From assembly GCA_038245905.1 (NCBI GenBank), contig JBBRRY010000004.1, positions 78,274 to 142,273 of the forward strand: DNA of 64,000 nucleotides, read 5' to 3'. The DNA is from Thermoanaerobaculia bacterium. Its GTDB lineage: Bacteria; Acidobacteriota; Thermoanaerobaculia; UBA5066. Below are positions 38,965-48,028 of the stretch, in pieces. The translations under genes and the position numbers were made by a program. The notes under the pieces were generated by a model. The model ran no database searches. It worked only from the letters and a program-made list of their open reading frames with translations, and was not told the DNA's origin. How positions within the stretch are numbered: the stretch's first letter is position 1; each line of letters opens with the position of its first letter.

Positions 38965-39513
38965 ATGGATCTGAACCTCGAAGCGGCTTTTGACGAGCCG
39001 ATTGTTCTTTCTCATCAGTTCGACTTTCCGGCCGCCGTTCTCGCGCGTCCGGAGCTCGTGTCGCTCTCTCACGTGTCCTTCACCGGCCGTCTCGAGCGCC
39101 AGGAGCCCGGCTTCGTCCTGAACGGTCACGTCGTTTTCGACGGCGTCACGGCGTGCGCGCGCTGCCTCGCTCACGTCCCTTTCCGCCGCTCGAGCGAGGC
39201 CTACTGGCACTTCGCTCCCGCGCACGCGAAGCCGCGGGACGAAAAGCCGGCCAAGGGCGACCCGGAGGACGGCCTCGAGCTCCTCGCGGCGGATCTCGAC
39301 GTCCTCTACTACGACGACCTCGTCGTCCCGTTCGACGCGCTCGTCGAGGAACAGGTGCAGCTCGAGCTTCCGCTCAAGGCGCTTTGCCGCGACGACTGCC
39401 GGGGGCTCTGTCCGATGTGCGGCGCCGACCGGAACCTCGACCCGTGCTCCTGCAAGCCTTCGGGGGACGAGCGCTGGAAAACGCTCCGGACTCTTCTCGA
39501 TCCCGGGAACTGA
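38965..39513 (+). CDS. yceD: YceD/DUF177 family protein
   Basis: CARCL and LCRDDCRGLCPMCG...CSC motifs; directly upstream of rpmF. Confidence 0.88.
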   Translation: MDLNLEAAFDEPIVLSHQFDFPAAVLARPELVSLSHVSFTGRLERQEPGFVLNGHVVFDGVTACARCLAHVPFRRSSEAYWHFAPAHAKPRDEKPAKGDPEDGLELLAADLDVLYYDDLVVPFDALVEEQVQLELPLKALCRDDCRGLCPMCGADRNLDPCSCKPSGDERWKTLRTLLDPGN

Positions 39514-39570
39514 AGCAACGACCTTTCTCGTCCTCGCCCTCGCAGCGTGTGACCGTCACAGGAGATCGCC

Positions 39571-39756
39571 ATGCCGAATCCAAAACATCGCCACAGCAAG
39601 ACGCGCCGCGACTTGCGCCGCGCCCACGACTTCCTGAAGCCCAAGCAGACCTCGAAGTGCACGAACTGCGGCACGGAGAAGCTTCCGCACCGCGTGTGCC
39701 CCTCCTGCGGGCACTACAAGGGCCGCGAAGTCATGAGCGGAGCCGAGAAGGCCTGA
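39571..39756 (+). CDS. rpmF: 50S ribosomal protein L32 (Zn-binding form)
   Basis: MPNPKHRHSKTRRDLRRAH...CTNCG...PHRVCPSCGHYKG. Confidence 0.97.
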   Translation: MPNPKHRHSKTRRDLRRAHDFLKPKQTSKCTNCGTEKLPHRVCPSCGHYKGREVMSGAEKA

Positions 39757-39757
39757 C

Positions 39758-40768
39758 TTGACGATCGCCGTCGACGCCATGGGGGGTGACCACGCCCCCC
39801 GCGTCAACGTGGAAGGCGCCGTCGCGGCTGCCGTCGATTTCGGCCTCGACACGCTGCTCGTCGGAAAACGGCGCGAGGTGGAGTCGGAGCTCCACAAGAC
39901 CGGCTACAGCGGGAGCCGCGTCGGCGTCGTCGAGGCGGACGAGGTCGTCCTTTTCGACGAGCCCGCCATCACCCCGATCCGCAAGAAACGCCGCGCGTCC
40001 ATCCGGATTGCCGCGGAATGCGTCCGGGACGGCCGCGCGAATGGAATGTTCACCGCGGGGCATACGGGCGCCGCGATGGTCGTCGCGAAGATGATCATGG
40101 GCGTCGTCGACGGCATCGACCGGCCGGCCCTCGCCACCGTGCTGCCGGGCCTCGACCGCAAACGGGTTCTCCTGGACATCGGGGCGAATCTGAGCTGTCG
40201 GCCCGAGCACTACCGCGAGTTCGCCCTCATGGGGCACTTCTTCGCGCAGGAGGTCCTCGGCATCGAGAAGCCGAAGATCGGCCTCATGTCCGTGGGCGAG
40301 GAAGAGGGCAAGGGCACGGATATCGTGAAGGAATCATTCCGTCTCTTGAAGGAGTCCGGCCTCCGATTCGTCGGCAATGTCGAGGGCCGCGACGTGTACG
40401 ACGGCGACGTTGACGTCATCGTCACCGACGGCTTCACGGGAAACGTCATTCTGAAGGTCTCCGAGAGCCTCGCGCACCTCGTCGAGGAGGCGCTCAAACA
40501 GGAGATCACGCGCAGCCTGCAGGCATCGATGGGGTTTCTGCTCTCGAAGGACGCCTTTCGCTCGTTCAAGAAGCGCCTCGACTACAGCGAATACGGTGGC
40601 GCACCCCTTCTCGGCGTGAACGGGGCCTGTTTCATCGGGCACGGGCGCTCGAACGTGAAGGCCGTACGCAACGCCATTCGCGCCGCCGACGACTTCGTCC
40701 GGCGCGGAATTCCCGAGAAAATCCGCGCGCGCGCCCTCACGTTCGCGCCGCCGCCGCTCTCCCGGTAA
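39758..40768 (+). CDS. plsX: phosphate acyltransferase
   Basis: IAVDAMGGDHAP, DRPAL, DIGAN, DGFTGNVILK, GGAPLLG, HGRS. Confidence 0.96.
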   Translation: MTIAVDAMGGDHAPRVNVEGAVAAAVDFGLDTLLVGKRREVESELHKTGYSGSRVGVVEADEVVLFDEPAITPIRKKRRASIRIAAECVRDGRANGMFTAGHTGAAMVVAKMIMGVVDGIDRPALATVLPGLDRKRVLLDIGANLSCRPEHYREFALMGHFFAQEVLGIEKPKIGLMSVGEEEGKGTDIVKESFRLLKESGLRFVGNVEGRDVYDGDVDVIVTDGFTGNVILKVSESLAHLVEEALKQEITRSLQASMGFLLSKDAFRSFKKRLDYSEYGGAPLLGVNGACFIGHGRSNVKAVRNAIRAADDFVRRGIPEKIRARALTFAPPPLSR

Positions 40769-40799
40769 CATTCCGGCTCCACGTACTCAGGGAGGAACG

Positions 40800-41780
40800 A
40801 TGTTTCACGCCACGATCGCCGGCACGGGTCGGGCCGTTCCCGAAAAGGTCCTGACGAACGCCGACCTGTCGAAGATGGTCGAGACGTCCGACGAGTGGAT
40901 CACGTCGCGGACGGGCATTCGCGAGCGTCGCGTGGTCCAGGAAGGTGACGTCCTCTCGGACTTCTGCGTGCGCGCGGCCGTTCCCGCGCTCGCCGACGCC
41001 GGGATTCTCGCGGCCGACCTCGACGTCGTGATCCTCGCGACCTGCACGCCCGACCACCCGATCCCCGGCGCGGCCCCGGTCGTCCAGCACAAGCTCGGCG
41101 CGACGAAGGCCGCAGCCTTCGACCTGAACGCCGCCTGCTCGGGCTGGCTCTACGGACTCCACGTGGCGGACGGGCTCATCCAGTCGGGCAAGGCGAAGAA
41201 CATTCTCCTCGTGGGCGCAGAGTTCCTAACGCGTTTCGTGGACTACACCGATCGCTCGACGTGCATCCTCTTCGGAGACGGGGCGGGCGCCACCGTTCTC
41301 AAGGCCACGAAGGCCGACCACGGCGTTCTCTCCACCGCGATCCGCTCGGACGGGGAGGGATCGCGGTTCATCTCGATGCCCGGCGGCGGCTCCAACTTCC
41401 CGCCGAACCGTCCCGGGTTCGACAAAGGACTCATGTACATCCAGATGAAGGGCGGCGAGACGTTCAAGATCGCGATCCGCAGAATGGTCGAGGTCTGCAA
41501 GGAAGTCCTCGCGGAGAGCGGCTTCACGACCGAGGACGTGAAATGGCTCCTGCCGCACCAGGCGAACGAGCGGATTCTGACCGCGACCGCCGAACGTCTT
41601 CAGATTCCTCCCGAGCGCTGCATGAACAACATCGGGCGCTACGGGAACACGAGCGCGGCCTCGATTCCGATCGCGCTCGACGAATACGCGCGCGACGGCC
41701 GGCTGAAGCGCGGCGACCTCATCCTCATCACGGCCTTCGGTGGAGGCCTGACCTGGGGCGCCGCGCTCGTCCGCTGGTAG
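40800..41780 (+). CDS. fabH: beta-ketoacyl-ACP synthase III
   Basis: TSDEWI..RTGIRERR, AACSG, PHQAN, GNTSAASIP, FGGGLTWG. Confidence 0.96.
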   Translation: MFHATIAGTGRAVPEKVLTNADLSKMVETSDEWITSRTGIRERRVVQEGDVLSDFCVRAAVPALADAGILAADLDVVILATCTPDHPIPGAAPVVQHKLGATKAAAFDLNAACSGWLYGLHVADGLIQSGKAKNILLVGAEFLTRFVDYTDRSTCILFGDGAGATVLKATKADHGVLSTAIRSDGEGSRFISMPGGGSNFPPNRPGFDKGLMYIQMKGGETFKIAIRRMVEVCKEVLAESGFTTEDVKWLLPHQANERILTATAERLQIPPERCMNNIGRYGNTSAASIPIALDEYARDGRLKRGDLILITAFGGGLTWGAALVRW

Positions 41781-41793
41781 CTCGAGCGTCGCT

Positions 41794-42726
41794 GTGAGCC
41801 TCGCCTTCCTCTTTCCCGGACAAGGATCGCAGTTCGCGGGCATGGGGAGAGACCTCGTCGACGCGTTCCCCGAGGCGAGGCGCGTGTACGAGCGCGCGGA
41901 CGCCGCGCTCGCGCCTTTTGGCCTGTCGATCTCGAAGATCTCCTTCGAGGGCAGCGACGAGGACCTCAAGCAGACGGCCGTTACCCAGCCGGCCATCGTG
42001 ACGCACGCCGTCGCTGTCTTCGAGGTCCTGAGAGCCCGGGGCGCCATGCCGTCGGTCGCGGCCGGCCACTCGCTGGGCGAATATGCCGCCCTCGTGGCGG
42101 CGGGCGCGCTCACGCTCGAGGACGCCGTCGTCCTCGTGAGGCGCCGGGGGCTCTTCATGCAGGAGGCCGTGCCGGCCGGGCAGGGCGCGATGGCGGCGGT
42201 GATCGGGCTCTCGCCCGAGGCGGTGTCGGCCGCCTGCTTGGAGGCCGCCTCCGCAACCGGGGAGGTCTGCTCGGCCGCGAATTTCAACTCGCCGGAGCAG
42301 ACGGTCATCGCCGGGAGCGCGGCGGGCGTCGCGAAGGCCGGAGAGATCCTCAAGGCGAAGGGCGCCAAGCGCGTTCTCCCGCTCCCGGTGTCCGCTCCGT
42401 TCCATTGCGCGCTCATGAAGCCGGCCGAGGAAAAGCTGGCTCCGTTCCTCGCCGCGGCCGCCTTCTCGGCGCTGTCGATTCCGGTCGTCACGAACGTGGA
42501 TGCCCGGGAGACGACCGACCCCGAGGTCGCGCGCGAATCTCTCCGCCGGCAGATCTGCTCACCTGTTCGCTGGGTCGAGTCCGTGCGGCGACTCGCCGCG
42601 CTCGCGCCGTCCGCGGTCGAGTCCGGGCCCGGGACGGTTCTCCAGGGGCTCGCGAAGCGCATCGAGAAGGAATGGCCCGTGAAGACGACGTCCACGGCCT
42701 CCGCGCTCGCGTTGATGGAGCCCTGA
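41794..42726 (+). CDS. fabD: malonyl-CoA:ACP transacylase
   Basis: FPGQGSQ, GHSLGEY, VSAPFH. Confidence 0.96.
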   Translation: MSLAFLFPGQGSQFAGMGRDLVDAFPEARRVYERADAALAPFGLSISKISFEGSDEDLKQTAVTQPAIVTHAVAVFEVLRARGAMPSVAAGHSLGEYAALVAAGALTLEDAVVLVRRRGLFMQEAVPAGQGAMAAVIGLSPEAVSAACLEAASATGEVCSAANFNSPEQTVIAGSAAGVAKAGEILKAKGAKRVLPLPVSAPFHCALMKPAEEKLAPFLAAAAFSALSIPVVTNVDARETTDPEVARESLRRQICSPVRWVESVRRLAALAPSAVESGPGTVLQGLAKRIEKEWPVKTTSTASALALMEP

Positions 42727-42771
42727 CCGGGCGGATCTGATAGAAGTCGGGATCGCGAAAGGAACAGGGAG

Positions 42772-43530
42772 ATGACCGTTTCGTTCTCACTCGAGGGGAA
42801 GATCGCGCTCGTCACGGGCGGCTCGCAGGGCATCGGCGAATCGATCGCGAAGGCGCTCGCCGCGGCCGGCGCCCACGTCGTCGTCGCGGCCCGCGGCGAA
42901 GAGAAGGCCGCTGCTGTCGCCGGGGCCATCGTGGCCGCGGGCGGGAAGGCCGAGGCCCTGCGCCTCGACGTCGGCGATCCGGCTTCCGTCTCGGCGGCGT
43001 TCAAGGCGGTCGCCCTGAAGCACGGGAAGCTCGACATCCTCGTGAACAACGCAGGCATCACGGACGACGGCTTGATCCTCCGCATGGCGAAAGAGTCCTG
43101 GGACAAGGTCATTGCGACGGACCTCACGGGGGTCTTCCTGTGCGCGCAGGAGGCCGCGAAGCTCATGCTCAAGAAGCGGGTTCCCGGACGCATCGTGAAC
43201 ATCACGTCCGTCGTGGGGCTCATGGGGAATCCGGGCCAGACGAACTACGCGGCGGCCAAGGCGGGCGTCGTCGGGTTCACGAAGGCCCTCGCGCGCGAGA
43301 TCGGCTCGAGGGGAATCACCGTGAACGCCGTCGCGCCGGGCTACGTCGAGACGACCATGACGGACGTCCTCAACGAAGACCAGAAGAAGGCGCTCGTGGG
43401 TCAGATCGTGCTCGGACGGCTGGGAACCGCGGACGACGTGGCCGGCGCGGTGGTCTATCTGGCCTCCGACGCGGCCGCGTACGTGACGGGCACCTGTCTC
43501 AATGTGAGCGGCGGGCTCTACATCGGATAG
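42772..43530 (+). CDS. fabG: 3-oxoacyl-ACP reductase
   Basis: TGGSQGIG, NNAGITDD, GNPGQTNYAAAK; position in the fab operon. Confidence 0.95.
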   Translation: MTVSFSLEGKIALVTGGSQGIGESIAKALAAAGAHVVVAARGEEKAAAVAGAIVAAGGKAEALRLDVGDPASVSAAFKAVALKHGKLDILVNNAGITDDGLILRMAKESWDKVIATDLTGVFLCAQEAAKLMLKKRVPGRIVNITSVVGLMGNPGQTNYAAAKAGVVGFTKALAREIGSRGITVNAVAPGYVETTMTDVLNEDQKKALVGQIVLGRLGTADDVAGAVVYLASDAAAYVTGTCLNVSGGLYIG

Positions 43531-43535
43531 AGCGC

Positions 43536-43868
43536 TTATCTGCGCTCGGCGGAGTGCTCCGTCCACGACAGCACCGCGAGCCTCACCGCGGTGTTCGTCG
43601 AGAGCCCAGAAGCCTTCGCTTGCCTTTGCAACGCGCGCCACGTCGAGTCTGAAATGCGGAGCGACCGAACTCTTCCCGGCTCGACCTTCGCGCCCTTCGG
43701 CGGCCGGCCGCGGCGCGTAATCCGCGCGACTTCAGGCCCGAATCGCTTCTCGATCCACGCCGCGTCCTTCGCCTGCGTGAGCTTGGCCTCTTCGAGCGAG
43801 ACGAACGTCTTCGGAAGCTCGGCGAGCGAGCGGTAGGTCTTCCGCGATCGTTTCTGCTTTCCTCTCAT
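43536..43868 (-). CDS. BrnA-like/RHH antitoxin
   Basis: RRGRPP followed by a ribbon-helix-helix-like segment (RSLRISDSTWRALQRQAK); ATG overlaps the toxin stop. Confidence 0.6.
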   Translation of the reverse strand: MRGKQKRSRKTYRSLAELPKTFVSLEEAKLTQAKDAAWIEKRFGPEVARITRRGRPPKGAKVEPGRVRSLRISDSTWRALQRQAKASGLSTNTAVRLAVLSWTEHSAERR

Positions 43869-44110
43869 GTCCGCCGCCTCCTTCGTCCGATCGGATACGC
43901 CGTGATGACGTGCGCCTCGTCCGGTCCGCTCAGCGTGAACGCGACGCGGAGAGCGCGCCCCGCGACCGTACCCTCGGCGATCCACCGCCCGCGCCTGCCG
44001 GATGCTGCAATGCCGAGATTCTTCGCGCCAAACACGGCCTCCGCTTCCCGCAGGCTCAGCCCGTGGCGCGCGACGTGCTCGGTGTTCTCCCGATGCCAGA
44101 CGAAGCGCAC
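43865..44110 (-). CDS. BrnT-like (RelE-fold) toxin
   Basis: RFVWHRENTEHVARHGLSLREAEAVF...G...GRALRVAFT...HVITAY pattern. Confidence 0.7.
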   Translation of the reverse strand: MRFVWHRENTEHVARHGLSLREAEAVFGAKNLGIAASGRRGRWIAEGTVAGRALRVAFTLSGPDEAHVITAYPIGRRRRRT

Positions 44111-44359
44111 GGTCCAAATTGTACTACGTTTTCGCAATCTCACGACGGCCGCCGCCCCGCGCGTCACAGGTGGCCGGACGCCGCGGGCCGTGGGTTTCTT
44201 GAATCCCGAGTCCTCTTGACGGACGGCAGAAAATCCTTGGAATCGTCCGATCCGGTACGGAGCGGCTTCATCGGATAGACTCATTCACGCTTGAATTCGA
44301 GTCCCGGCTGCCCTCAGAATGCCGGTCTCTAAGACGACAAAATTTTCGGAGGATCTCAG

Positions 44360-44605
44360 ATGGCTGATTCGGTGGAAGAAAAGGTCAAGGGCATCATCGT
44401 GGAGCAGCTTGGCGTCCAAGCGGACGAGGTGAAGCCTGATGCCTCGTTCGTGGACGATCTCGGCGCGGATTCTCTCGACACGGTCGAGCTCGTCATGGCC
44501 TTCGAGGAGGCGTTCGGCATCGAGATCCCGGACGAGGACGCCGAGAAGATCCAGAGGGTCAAGGACGCGGTCTCCTACATCGAATCGCACGCCAAGCCCG
44601 CCTGA
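44360..44605 (+). CDS. acpP: acyl carrier protein
   Basis: [18 protein letters not shown]. Confidence 0.98.
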   Translation: MADSVEEKVKGIIVEQLGVQADEVKPDASFVDDLGADSLDTVELVMAFEEAFGIEIPDEDAEKIQRVKDAVSYIESHAKPA

Positions 44606-44624
44606 CCCGAGTTTTCGCGAACGC

Positions 44625-45896
44625 GTGTCCGCGAATCCCGCATCCCTGCTCGACGGCCGAGGCCGTCGCCGCGTCGCCGTCACGGGCGTCGGCCTCGTGT
44701 CTCCCGTGGGCCTCACCGCGAAGGAGAACTGGGCCAACCTGACGGCCGGCGTGTCCGGCATCGGGATGATCACGCGTTTCGACGCCGCGGATTACGCCTG
44801 CCGCATTGCCGGTGAAGTGAAGGGTTTCGACCCGGGCGCGTTCCTCGAGAAGAAGGAAATCAAGAAGTTCGACACGTTCATCCACTACGCCGTCGCGGCG
44901 GCGAAGGAGGCCATGACCGATTCGGGCCTCGTCGTCACGCCGGAGAACGCCGAGCGCGTGGGCGTCTGCATCGGATCCGGGATCGGCGGCCTGCCGCTCA
45001 TCGAGGAGACACACAAGATCGTCCTCGAGAAAGGGCCCCGGCGCATCAGCCCGTTCTTCATCCCGGGTCTCATCGTCAACATGTGCTCCGGCCTCGTCTC
45101 GATCCAGACCGGCGCGAAGGGTCCGAATTCGGCCACGGCCACGGCCTGCGCGACGTCGGCGCACGCCATCGGCGACGCGGCAAACGTCATCCGCCGCGGG
45201 GACGCCGATGCGATGATCGCGGGCGGCTCGGAAGCCGTCATCACCTCGCTCGCCGTCGGAGGCTTTTCCGCGATGCGCGCCCTCTCGACGCGCAACGACG
45301 ATCCCAAGGCGGCCTCGCGGCCCTGGGACAAGGACCGCGACGGTTTCGTCCTCGGCGAAGGCGCGGGCATCCTCGTGCTCGAGGACATGGGCATCGCGAA
45401 GGCGCGTGGCGCGGTCATCTACGCCGAGCTCGCGGGCTACGGCATGTCAGGCGACGCGTATCACATCTCGGCGCCTTCGGAGGACGGAGACGGCCCGTTC
45501 CGCGTCATGCGCAACACGCTTCTCGACGCGGGCGTGAACCCGGAGGACGTCGCCTACGTCAACGCGCACGGAACGTCCACGCCGCACGGGGATCGCATCG
45601 AGACGATCGCCATCAAGCGGGTGTTCGGCGACCATGCCCGGAAGCTCTCCGTCTCCTCGACGAAGTCCATGACGGGGCATCTCCTTGGCGCCGCGGGCGG
45701 ATTCGAGGCCGGCGTCCTCGCGCTCGCGATGAGGCACAGCGTGATTCCTCCCACGATCAATTACGTGACGCCGGACCCCGATTGCGATCTCGATTACACG
45801 CCGAACACGGCGCACGAGAGGAAGCTCCCGATCGGCCTTTCGAACTCCTTCGGGTTCGGCGGGACGAACGCCAGCATTCTGCTGCGACTCGTCTAG
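44625..45896 (+). CDS. fabF: beta-ketoacyl-ACP synthase II
   Basis: [43 protein letters not shown]. Confidence 0.96.
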   Translation: MSANPASLLDGRGRRRVAVTGVGLVSPVGLTAKENWANLTAGVSGIGMITRFDAADYACRIAGEVKGFDPGAFLEKKEIKKFDTFIHYAVAAAKEAMTDSGLVVTPENAERVGVCIGSGIGGLPLIEETHKIVLEKGPRRISPFFIPGLIVNMCSGLVSIQTGAKGPNSATATACATSAHAIGDAANVIRRGDADAMIAGGSEAVITSLAVGGFSAMRALSTRNDDPKAASRPWDKDRDGFVLGEGAGILVLEDMGIAKARGAVIYAELAGYGMSGDAYHISAPSEDGDGPFRVMRNTLLDAGVNPEDVAYVNAHGTSTPHGDRIETIAIKRVFGDHARKLSVSSTKSMTGHLLGAAGGFEAGVLALAMRHSVIPPTINYVTPDPDCDLDYTPNTAHERKLPIGLSNSFGFGGTNASILLRLV

Positions 45897-45939
45897 GCAG
45901 CCTCCTGCCGGGGCTTCCCGTCGCGGAGCCCCTGTTAAC

Positions 45940-48021
45940 ATGAGAACGCCGACGGAGGACATCGAGATTCGACGCGTCTTCGTGGTCGCGGCCGCCGCCC
46001 TTACGCTTGCGATTCTCGTGGCGGGATTCTTCGTCCTCCGCGGGAGGCGGCCCTTCGTCTCCAGGTTCGGAGCCGACGTCCAGCGGCTCGTGTCGCCGGC
46101 ACGAATCGGCGAAACCGTGGAAGTTCTCGCGAAGAGGCCGCATCGCGCGGGCACGACGGCGAACGCGGCGGCCGCCGACGAGATCGCGCGCCGCCTGACG
46201 GCGTCCGGGCTCAAGCCCTGGAGCGACGTCCACGAGGTCGAGCTTTGGGAACCCGTGGCGCTCTCGCTCGCCCTCACGAAGCCGGCGGCGAGGAACTTCG
46301 ACCTTCACGAACGCGCCCTCGCGGAAGATCCGGCGACGTCGGTGGCGAACGAGGAGCTGCCCTTTCTCGCCTACGCGCCGGATGGCGATGTCGAGGCGGC
46401 GGTCGTCTACGCGGGCTTCGGCGGCCCCGCGGACTTCGCCGTGCTCCGGAAGGCGGGCGTCGACGTGCGCGGCAAGATCGCGCTCGTCAAGGCACAGGGC
46501 GTCTGCCGCGGAATGAAGACTCTCGCGGCCGAGCGCGCGGGCGCCGCCGGCCTCCTGATCTACATCGAGCCGCGGGACCAGGGCATCGTGAAGCCTTCCT
46601 ATCCGCTCGGGCCGTCGACAAACCGCTGGGCGGCCTCCCGCGGAACGCTCCTCAAGTACTTCCTTCGTCCCGGCGACCCGCGCCGCGCGAAGGCTGCGGG
46701 AGTCGACACCCTGCCGAAGATTCCGGCGCTCGCGATCTCGCAGGACGTGGCCGAGGCGCTTCTCAAGGAGATGGGTGGACCGGCGCCACCCCCGGACTGG
46801 AAGGGCCTCCTCGACGCGCCCTATTCGCTCGGTCCGGGGCCGGCGCGCGCGCGGATGACCGTGCGTGGAAAGACGGTGCGCGCGTCACTGCGCAACGTCT
46901 TCGCGACGATTCCCGGAAGCGATCCGAAAGCCGCCCCGGTCGTCCTTGGCAGTCACATCGACGCCTGGGTCTACGGAGCGGTAGACCCGTCTTCCGGCAC
47001 GGCGGCCGTGCTCGAGGTCGCGACCGTTCTCGCGGCGCTCGCCGATCGCGGCTGGACGCCCTCGCGGCCAGTCGTGTTCGCGTTCTTCGATGGCGAAGAG
47101 TTCGGCATGCTCGGCTCGACGCGCTGGCTCGAGGCGCGGCTGGCGGGTGCCGAACTCCCCGCCCTTGCGTTCGTCAACGTGGACTCGGCGGTCCGGGCGA
47201 ATGACTTCTATGCTTCGACGACGCCCGGGCTCCGCGGTCCGCTCGCCGAAGTGCTCGCGCTCGTCAACGACCCCGATTCGGGTAAGTCGCTTCGGGAGAG
47301 CTCGGGCGAACCCGCCCTTCCGGGGTTTTCGAGCGACGCCGCGCCCTTTCTTGGATTCAGCGCCACACCCGTCGCGGAGCTGGGCTTCGGCCGTTGGTAT
47401 GGAAGCTACCACACGCTCTACGACACGGTGACGTGGCTGAAGCGCTTCGGCGACCCCGGCTTTCGTCGTACCGCGGCCCTCGCGCACGTCGGTGCGTTAT
47501 ACGTGGGCGCGCTCGCGACCCCACGAATCTTTCCCCTGCGTTTTTCGGAGATTTCCGACTTTACGAACCGCGAGATCCGCGAGATCCAGGCACGTCATCC
47601 GGCGTCGATCGCATGGATCCCCCAGGTGGCCCGGTCGCTCGCGAGCCAGATCGAGGGCTTCGAGAGGAGCGCGCGTGCCTGGGACGCCCGCGCGCTCGCG
47701 TCGCGGGGCCCGGGAAAGGACGCCGGGCGATTCGACCGGAGCGTCTCGCTCGCGCTCGGCGCATTCGGGGCGCCGGGTGATTCGTTCGGCCGGGGATGCC
47801 GCCTGTGGGGACCTTCGCTCGAGACGGGTTGCGGCACAACGGCGCTCGCGGAGCTCGAAGAGGCCATCGGCCGGAACGACCGCGCGGCGGCGGTGAGGGA
47901 GGTCGGGCGCCTCACGAACGCGTTTTCCACCGCGCGCGACCTGCTTCTTGTGGCAGAGCGGGCCGCCGAGGGCACCCGGCGTCCCCCTCGGTCGACGCCT
48001 GGGATCTCGCGCAATCAGTAA
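45940..48021 (+). CDS. M28 family peptidase with PA domain (glutamate carboxypeptidase II-like), membrane anchored
   Basis: PHRAGT, SHIDAW..GAVDP.SG, DGEEFG, NVD, YHTLYD; N-terminal TM. Confidence 0.88.
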   Translation: MRTPTEDIEIRRVFVVAAAALTLAILVAGFFVLRGRRPFVSRFGADVQRLVSPARIGETVEVLAKRPHRAGTTANAAAADEIARRLTASGLKPWSDVHEVELWEPVALSLALTKPAARNFDLHERALAEDPATSVANEELPFLAYAPDGDVEAAVVYAGFGGPADFAVLRKAGVDVRGKIALVKAQGVCRGMKTLAAERAGAAGLLIYIEPRDQGIVKPSYPLGPSTNRWAASRGTLLKYFLRPGDPRRAKAAGVDTLPKIPALAISQDVAEALLKEMGGPAPPPDWKGLLDAPYSLGPGPARARMTVRGKTVRASLRNVFATIPGSDPKAAPVVLGSHIDAWVYGAVDPSSGTAAVLEVATVLAALADRGWTPSRPVVFAFFDGEEFGMLGSTRWLEARLAGAELPALAFVNVDSAVRANDFYASTTPGLRGPLAEVLALVNDPDSGKSLRESSGEPALPGFSSDAAPFLGFSATPVAELGFGRWYGSYHTLYDTVTWLKRFGDPGFRRTAALAHVGALYVGALATPRIFPLRFSEISDFTNREIREIQARHPASIAWIPQVARSLASQIEGFERSARAWDARALASRGPGKDAGRFDRSVSLALGAFGAPGDSFGRGCRLWGPSLETGCGTTALAELEEAIGRNDRAAAVREVGRLTNAFSTARDLLLVAERAAEGTRRPPRSTPGISRNQ

Positions 48022-48028
48022 CGTCGTG

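Noticed and set aside
37831-39225. Apparent 829-aa glycosyltransferase
   Set aside because: The upstream part is an off-frame overlap of the neighbouring GT4 and yceD; GT motifs begin only near 37830.
44285-44320. TTCGAGTCCC resembling a tRNA T-arm
   Set aside because: No cloverleaf or acceptor stem could be built; more likely part of the acpP promoter region.
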